Source of the DNA: Schmidtea polychroa
Lineage: Eukaryota
Assembly: GCA_044892525.1 (NCBI GenBank)
Contig: CM097887.1
Span: 10,974,001 to 11,038,000, forward strand
Direction of reading: 5' to 3'
DNA length: 64,000 bases
Positions 57,190-64,000 of this stretch are shown here, one piece after another. Under the pieces are notes generated by a model. It worked only from the letters and a program-made list of their open reading frames with translations, searched no databases and was not told where the DNA came from. The translations under genes and the position numbers were made by a program. Within the stretch, counting starts at the first letter, position 1. Every line of letters starts with the position of its first letter.

Positions 57190-59090
57190 ACTCTAAGAGA
57201 TCCTGATAAAAGAAATAGTGTCAAATATATTTGGTGGATTGCTGCCGCTGGATTTTAGATCAGAGATATTTTTAATGCAACATATCTTAAAAACGGATAC
57301 TGATTCGGTGTTACATGGCTCCAAAATTCCAATTGATTTTTAGAAAATTCGCAAATCAACTCTATATCTTTTTGTATTGAAGTTAATTCCATTTCTAGCT
57401 GTGCTTTATCATATCGAAATTGGTTATTAATAACTTCCGGGAGAGTTTCGATATTTTCGAAAGGATACAATTGGTACGATCTTGCGGAAATCTGCGAAAC
57501 GTTTTTCAAACTCTTCTATGAAACTACTAACAATTGGTAAATAACTTTCACAGGAAAAAGGAGTTGAACTATTTTTAATCTCTTCTTTTAAATTAGGAAA
57601 GTATTTTAAATCATTTTCTACTAGGTTAGTTTTCCACAGGATTTGTTTTTGGCTAAAACATTGCACCGCACTTATCATGTGCATTATATTTTTATCTTTC
57701 CCTTGCAGATCTACATTCAAGTCATTTAACTTCGCCGTAATATCTGTAAGAAACGCAAGATTTCTAAGCCATGTAACATTGCTTAGATCCTCATGACGTC
57801 CTTCCAAAAATAAACTTATTTGTGGTAACAATTCTCTAAAACGCTTTAAATTTTTCCCTTACTTAGCCAACAAACTTCTGTATGTAATAACAGATCACCA
57901 TATTAACAATCGAGCTCGTCGGTTAGTCCTTTAAATAAACGTCTTTGTAGTGATTTTCCTCTTATAGAATTACTAATTTTGACTACAAGTTCCATAACAG
58001 AATTCATGTTCAAAAATTTAGCACAAAGGGCTTGCTGATTATACAGTGATAACTTATGAATTCAGGATATTTTTGATCTTTTTTACATAATGCAATAAAA
58101 CCTTTATGCATACCAGTTAATGATGGAGCTCCATCAGTAGTGATACTTACCAATTTATCCAAAGATATATTATTTTCATCTATGAAATCCCTAAGCACAC
58201 CATAAGCACAAAAATAGCCAACTGAGCTTTATCAACCACATCTAAACTTTCACCAAGTTGCATCGAAAAATAAGAACACGTATTTAGATCGCTTTTTAAC
58301 TGAATAAATGTATCAGAAGCCATCGAATCTACACGGCGCGTGACAGTTTTAGCTGATAATTGCAGTGAAGCTATAGCTGTCATAATGTCAGATTTGTTTT
58401 TGACATCGTCGACCAAAGAATCGCCAGCTTCTAAGAATGCTTTTTTTCACCATCTTCAAATGGTTTATTTTAATATACAAAACTTTGCAGATACGAAAGG
58501 ATGCTAGAGTAGCCGCTTCATTTTTGCTAGCTTGCTTTTTGAAGGAAGTTTGTTGATAATTTAGACTTTATTTAAGATTCTCAACCTTCTTCTTTCTGAT
58601 TTCACTATTAAGTGGAAACCTTGTGCTTTCATTTTCATGTTTCGTTTGAAATGTCTTTCAAGGTTTCTTCTTTTACATATTGCAACGCTGGAGTTGCAAA
58701 TCAAGAAAATACATTTTATTAACATATATAAAAAAAACTCCCATTCATGAAAATGATAGTTTTTTCTTTTTTTCACCACGGTTCATTTCATATTTTTTTA
58801 AAATAATTTTATATAATAAATTAGTTTTAATTTAAATTCTCAACGCACTCTTTAACATTGTACTTAAAACTAAACAAAAAACTTTAATCTCGTTTACTTT
58901 TTTAAAGAACAAAAACACAAGCCTACTATAATCTAAAATTGTGAACGTAACTTTTTTAAAATTTGAAATTAGAAAAAAATATTTAGTTAGAAAAATTTTA
59001 AATTTAAAAAAAAGTACACAGAAAAAAAATTTTCAAGTACTCCGCGATAGACTTGAAATCTTTATGCGATCGACCATTTGCCGACCCCTG
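57190..59090 (-). mobile_element. Degraded hAT transposon (GTF2IRD2/SPIN-like)
   Basis: 5' TIR CAGGGGTCGGCAAA ending at 59090; LQLSA.TVTRR, FSMQL.ES.D..D.AQL.IFV, ITTDGAPS, YHCII, WL..LAFL.DIT..LN.LN..LQG; 3' TIR not found. Confidence 0.9.
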
Positions 59091-60008
59091 CTATAAACGA
59101 TTAGATGTAGATCATTTGTGAAACGATAATATATGAAAATAACATTAATAGTACTTTAATTCTGAAACAAAATGTCAACGAGAGAATTTTAAAATACCAG
59201 AGATTTAACTTTCAGTTTTTGCCTTACATCTCTTAAAACGTAATTAATTTTTTAAATAAATTTTATTACTAAATTAATGTAAGGATTTCACTAAACACAA
59301 ATACATTATTTTTACTAAACAGATGCAGACACATGTTACTTTTTTTCTGATCACGTTAAGATTAAATCAAGTTACCTTAAGGATCCTTCAGATTGTCACA
59401 CCAAATACTTTTTTCATCAATCAAGCTTTATCATTTTGTTCAACAGGAGAGGCACAAAAATGAGGTGAAAATCGATAAAGTCTCCAAATTCAAAGTAAAA
59501 TTTAAAGTACGAAATATTAATTAATAATCCAAAAATAATAATAAATAGAATACTTGATAATTCATTTGGACATGCTAATCGAATAAAATCTTCACTGCAA
59601 ATATTCTAAGAAAATTCTCAAAATAAATAAATAAAATCTGAGAATCTTCATTTATGAAATGTGTATTGCATGTACACATGAGATTGATTGGCTGGCGATC
59701 GGTTCTCTCCTGGTTGTTGTGTATTTTGATTGCTACCCAAAATGCAATTAGTTGAAAACCTAAAATAAATTAGATTATACAAATTGAATTATTTTGGCGA
59801 ATGTCGAAGTCAATTACTTCAATAACTTCGTACAAGTTTTCATTTGTAAATGAAATTAATAAGTCTCATTTGGTTGAAAACTATCTTCGTCAAATTGGTT
59901 ATAAAGAAAATAAAGTGAATTAAGTTCGAGTCTCTCAGAGACATCGTCAAAATCCATAGCCATCATTCAATTATTATTATAAGAATGAGAAAAGAAAATT
60001 CTCATTCA

Positions 60009-60039
<31 letters not shown>

Positions 60040-61440
60040 GGGTTATTCTACAATATATTTAAAATTATTCAACAATATATTTAAAATCATCTAAAAATCT
60101 GTTTAAAATAGTAAACAAAACAAAAAATATTCTTTATGATAATTTATAAAAGTAAAACTTAAATAATTACAAAATAATTTTTTTATTTTTTAAGATATAA
60201 TTTGAACTAGTTGATTTACTCATATCAGATAAATATCAGGAAGATTTAAAGTGGCTGAAATATACTTCAATTGGGTGGAGCTACGGAGAATAAGCCGGAA
60301 GAAAGTTATAATTGATATTATTTGTTATTAAAAGATTTATCACATCTCTTCGGTGAGGAAACCTACAATTGTCCATAATGAGAACATCATTTGTATTATT
60401 TCTAAAATAAGGAATCAAAAATAAAGTTATAAATTCAATGAAGCTCTCCCCATCAAACGCGCCATCCTTAATTTTAAGTGTTTAAATTCAAGATACATAA
60501 GATCAATTTTATTGTCATCAACATGTCCAGCTACAAGTCCATCAAACGCGCCATCCTTAATTTTAAGTTCTAAAATTCCTGAGTTCTTAATTACAACCAT
60601 GCAACTAATATTCATTCCTCTGTTACCCTTCACATTTTTGTATGCTTTTACATTTTTGGTTTCGTGTTTGATGCAAATTTGCACCAGTTTCATCAAGAAA
60701 AACTAAATTCAAGTCAGCAATAAACTGAATTTCTCGTGCATATATTTGTCTTCGATCAATGTTTTTTATGGAATTCCTTTCTTCAGGAATTCTTACTAGT
60801 CTCTTTCTTGTAAAGTTCATTTCTTTTAAAATCTTTGATACCCCACTTTGAGAAACACTATAATTTAATTCATTTAATTTATGTTACATTTCCGTTTGTG
60901 TAAAAAAAGCATCGCTTAGCAAAAACTGGGATATTTGATTTTTAACTTCAGTTTTATTTTCTTTCGTCCTTTTTCTTTTTGAAGTATTTCGTTGTCACTC
61001 ATATTATCATAAATTTTTTTAATGATATTTTATGCACTTTGCAAGGTAATTTTCTCGCTTTCAGCGATTTCTTTTACAGAAATATTCTTCTCTAAATATT
61101 TTCTTATGCTCTTAAGCATGTCAAGAATTATAGTGTTTCGCTTTTTCTGGCATTCGGTGCAGAATTTTCAAAAAATCTATTCGTCACTAAACATAATTCG
61201 TCACAAAAAATAATTTTTAAATCCTATAAAATAAATAATTTATTTCTTAGATATCGATTTTTAATTATATGGCTGACAAAGTGTTTTTTAAAGGTAATAA
61301 AAATAATTCCTTACTATTTTAAAAATTTTAAATATATTGTTGGATAATTTTAAATTAAATTTTAGAATATTTTAAATACATTGCGGAATAACTTCTAATA
61401 CAATGTTGAATAATTTTAAATATATTTTGGAATAATTCAC
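60040..61440 (-). mobile_element. Tc1/mariner (IS630-like, DDE_3) transposon, degraded
   Basis: FTRKRL..IPEERN, VFLDETG.NLH, LIMDNCRF.H, FLPAYSP.L.PIE; imperfect long TIRs (60040- and -61440) flanked by TA. Confidence 0.85.
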
Positions 61441-61599
61441 TAAGGCCGAAAATTCAAATCAAAACTATAAATCAATTCTTTAAAACCACAATTCCAGATA
61501 ACATAACTCTCGAACAATCTAAAATCCAACCGATACCATCAAAACCCGAAATTGATAAAAAAAAACTAATCTGACTAAATTCCAAATATCATACCACAA

Positions 61600-61825
61600 T
61601 TGTCCGCGTCTGTGTGCGCACACAATTCAAATCAACAAAGTAAAAGCGCACACAGACGCGAGATAAACTAATAATGCGACTGGTAAATTATTAGTTTGTC
61701 GCGTCTGTGTGCGTTTTTGTTTGGGTTGTGTGCGCACACAATCCAAATCAACAAAGTAAAAAGCGCACACAGACGCGAGATAAACTAATAATGCGACAAT
61801 TGTCCGCGTCTGTGTGCGCACACAA
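61600..61825. repeat. Foldback-like palindromic repeat built on GCGTCTGTGTGCGCACACAA; a related copy lies at ~56850-56918
   Basis: Alternating direct and inverted copies of gcgtctgtgtgcg / cgcacacagacgc. Confidence 0.7.
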
Positions 61826-61852
61826 CCCAAATACAAAAAAAATTTAAAAAAT

Positions 61853-62039
61853 GTAATGTGTGGAGTCGGGAACAAAGACATATGAAGTCATCGATGAGGT
61901 CACAAAGACTTATGAGTCATACCCCCGAGGGAGGGGGTATTTATTATTATTATTTTTTAAACAAAGACATATGACTCATCGTGATGACTCACCTCGATGA
62001 CTCATCAAGGTCATATGACTCATCGACTCCACACATTAC
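61853..62039. mobile_element. Small MITE
   Basis: 16-bp TIR GTAATGTGTGGAGTCG / CGACTCCACACATTAC; internal inverted ATGAGTCAT/ATGACTCAT motifs. Confidence 0.7.
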
Positions 62040-62166
62040 CCTACTCTACTGTTTTTACTCTTTTTGTCACTTTTAACAGGTCTGGTCGAGATTTAAGTGT
62101 AACCATGTATAGGCAGAATTTAATTCTCTACAACATGGCGCAATTAAAACTTTAGTTTGTCGCTTT

Positions 62167-63152
62167 GTGTGTAATACACATGTTTTTACGATAAATTTGT
62201 AATTTTCGCGCGGTTAACGTAATTTTCTTGGATTTTTATTCATATATTACAGTGGTTCTCAAACTTTTTTGATCACGACCCAAATTTTTGACATTTCATG
62301 CCAAAAATTTTATTGCGACCCACATGACAAAGATTAATTTTAAAATAAATGTTTATTTAATGAGATGAATGTAGTTGCTTAAGTTTAAGTATTTTTGACA
62401 TCCTTGGTGAATAATTTTTACTCAAACATATTCGAAGATCGTTTGAAATATTGAGTTGGTTTCTTTGCTTTGTCTTTATTTGAACCAATGAGATGGATGG
62501 ATAGAAATTTTTCAAATTTTTTCACTTTGCAATGACCCCTGCTCAACTTTAAATGGCTTAAATCGAAATTTTTTGAAATTAACTCTTATTATTAAAAAAT
62601 CAAAATAACAATATTTAAGAAAATAATAAGCGTTCTAAATATTAATTTATATAAATAAATTTAAAAGGCTTAAACTTCCAAAATTTATATTTGTAGATCT
62701 TTCCATAAGTCATCGCGACCCACCAAAAATTCTTTCGCGACCCAAAAATGGGTCGCGACCCATAGTTTGAGAAACACTGATATATTATATAGATAAAATT
62801 TAATTTTCTATAAAATTGCTTGATTAAAAATTATGTCTCGAATGTTGTGTGTAATACACACATGTTTTTACGATAAATTTGTATTTTTCATATAGTTAAC
62901 GTAATTTTCTTAGGATTTTATTCATATAATATATAGCTAAAATTTAATTTTCTATAAAATAGCTTGATTAAAATTTATGTATCTTGTTTTGTATATAATA
63001 CACACATGTTTTTACAATAAATTTGTATTTTTCATACATTTAACGTAATTTTCAAAGGATTTTATTCATATAATATATAGATAAAATTTAATTTTCTATA
63101 AAATAGCTTGATTAAAATTTATGTATCTTGTTTTGCGTGTAATACACACATG
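62167..63152. repeat. ~144-bp tandem repeat (~3-4 units) interrupted by a hAT MITE and terminated by an LTR insertion
   Basis: AATACAC(AC)ATG recurs at 62173, 62853, 62997 and 63141 (144-bp period once the 538-bp MITE+TSD is removed). Confidence 0.85.
62250..62779. mobile_element. hAT (Buster-type) MITE, 530 bp
   Basis: TIRs CAGTGGTTCTCAAAC / GTTTGAGAAACACTG; perfect 8-bp TSD ATATATTA; subterminal CGCGACCCA repeats as in 38400-40329. Confidence 0.93.
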
Positions 63153-64000
63153 TGTTGGGCTGAATTGGAAAAAATGATCGTCGAAAAATAAGATAGATAA
63201 GAGGCGAATAAAATAAAATAAGACCACCAATTTTAGGAATAAATAAATCAAGACATAAAATAAACCATAAATAAGATATAAAAATTAAAACAAAAAATTA
63301 AAATTAAAAAATAAAGTAATAACATAATGAATAAGATACCGGAAAACGCAATAAATAATAAGGAATTTAGGAAATAAATAAAAGATATAATAAAAATAGG
63401 AAAATAAGTAAAATACCCAAAGAAATAGGAAAAAACAAATTAATTTAATAAAATAAGCGGTACTCAATTTTGATTGGTCCGCGTAAATGAAAAATTGGTA
63501 TATAAACCAACGCCAAAATCATAAAAATCAGTGTTAATTTGAAAAAACATTACAGGTAAGGAAATTTTAGCATAAGTATCATCACAGTGTTAATTTGAAA
63601 AAACATTACAGGACCTGACTCTAGGACCAGAAAACCTTCAATAAATTCAGAGAAACTACTCGAGAACCTCATAAAACCGACTACCAGCTTCGACACCAGT
63701 TGACTATTTTGGAAAAGACGAGCCTTATATTTCGATTCAGCCTAACGTGACAGTAAGAGATTGTATTCATTTGTTATTCTTAATTTTTTGAAGTAACAAT
63801 AACTATGTATATTTATTAAATAATTAAAATTTTAATTTACATTTGATCTTTTCTTTTCACTTGATCCCGATTAATAAATTTGATAAATTAACTGGTTTAA
63901 AAATCTAAAGTCATTAATTCGATATGATTTGGCAATTCTTATGATTATTTTTATGAAGTATATTTTTATGCTGTTCAAAGTAACGAGTAACGTGGAGTTG
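63153..64000 (+). repeat. Start of an LTR related to the long LTR of element A (continues beyond the window)
   Basis: TGTTGGGCTGA start; shared AATAAGCGGTACTCAA, GATTGGTCCGC, TATATAAA (63499) and GATTCAGCCTAA blocks; TCAGT initiator at 63528. Confidence 0.85.

Noticed and set aside
1-64000. rRNA, tRNA or snRNA genes; a host spliced-leader RNA gene
   Set aside because: No cloverleaf, rRNA or Sm-site-containing SL structure was recognised; the LTR mini-exons do not end in AUG as flatworm SLs do.

Overview
AT-rich animal (invertebrate) genomic DNA with very short (44-56 nt) spliceosomal introns and three assembly gaps, dominated by transposable elements. The organism cannot be identified from the sequence alone. 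The main feature (1-15046) is the 3' part of a giant Ty3/Gypsy LTR retrotransposon. Its integrase is fused in frame to two ankyrin-repeat modules and a type-I membrane-protein-like tail. It is followed by five intact, intronless, co-oriented cargo ORFs, including a full-length TRAF (RING, zinc fingers, coiled coil, MATH), and ends in a ~5.2-kb LTR. That LTR carries a promoter, a duplicated 25-nt mini-exon with a GTAAG donor, a long UUCG-capped hairpin and its own 250-aa ORF. Every cargo ORF is preceded by a TAG-N(1-4)-ATG acceptor-like motif, suggesting leader-splicing-based expression of a captured signalling or immune-modulating cassette (inference). A diverged sister LTR starting at 63153 keeps the mini-exon architecture with a different sequence. 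A second element of the same clade (45116-52982, 4-bp TSD) has a different membrane-protein ORF after integrase. Host content is a multi-exon tyrosinase-family gene (minus strand), a partial coiled-coil gene and pseudogene fragments (SNF2/ERCC6L-like, eIF1-like). Also present: Penelope, piggyBac (x4), hAT (x3), Tc1/mariner, a MULE fragment, a degraded Gypsy, a two-LTR non-coding element, MITEs and mini/microsatellites. All domain calls are by eye from translated motifs; no database searches were run.
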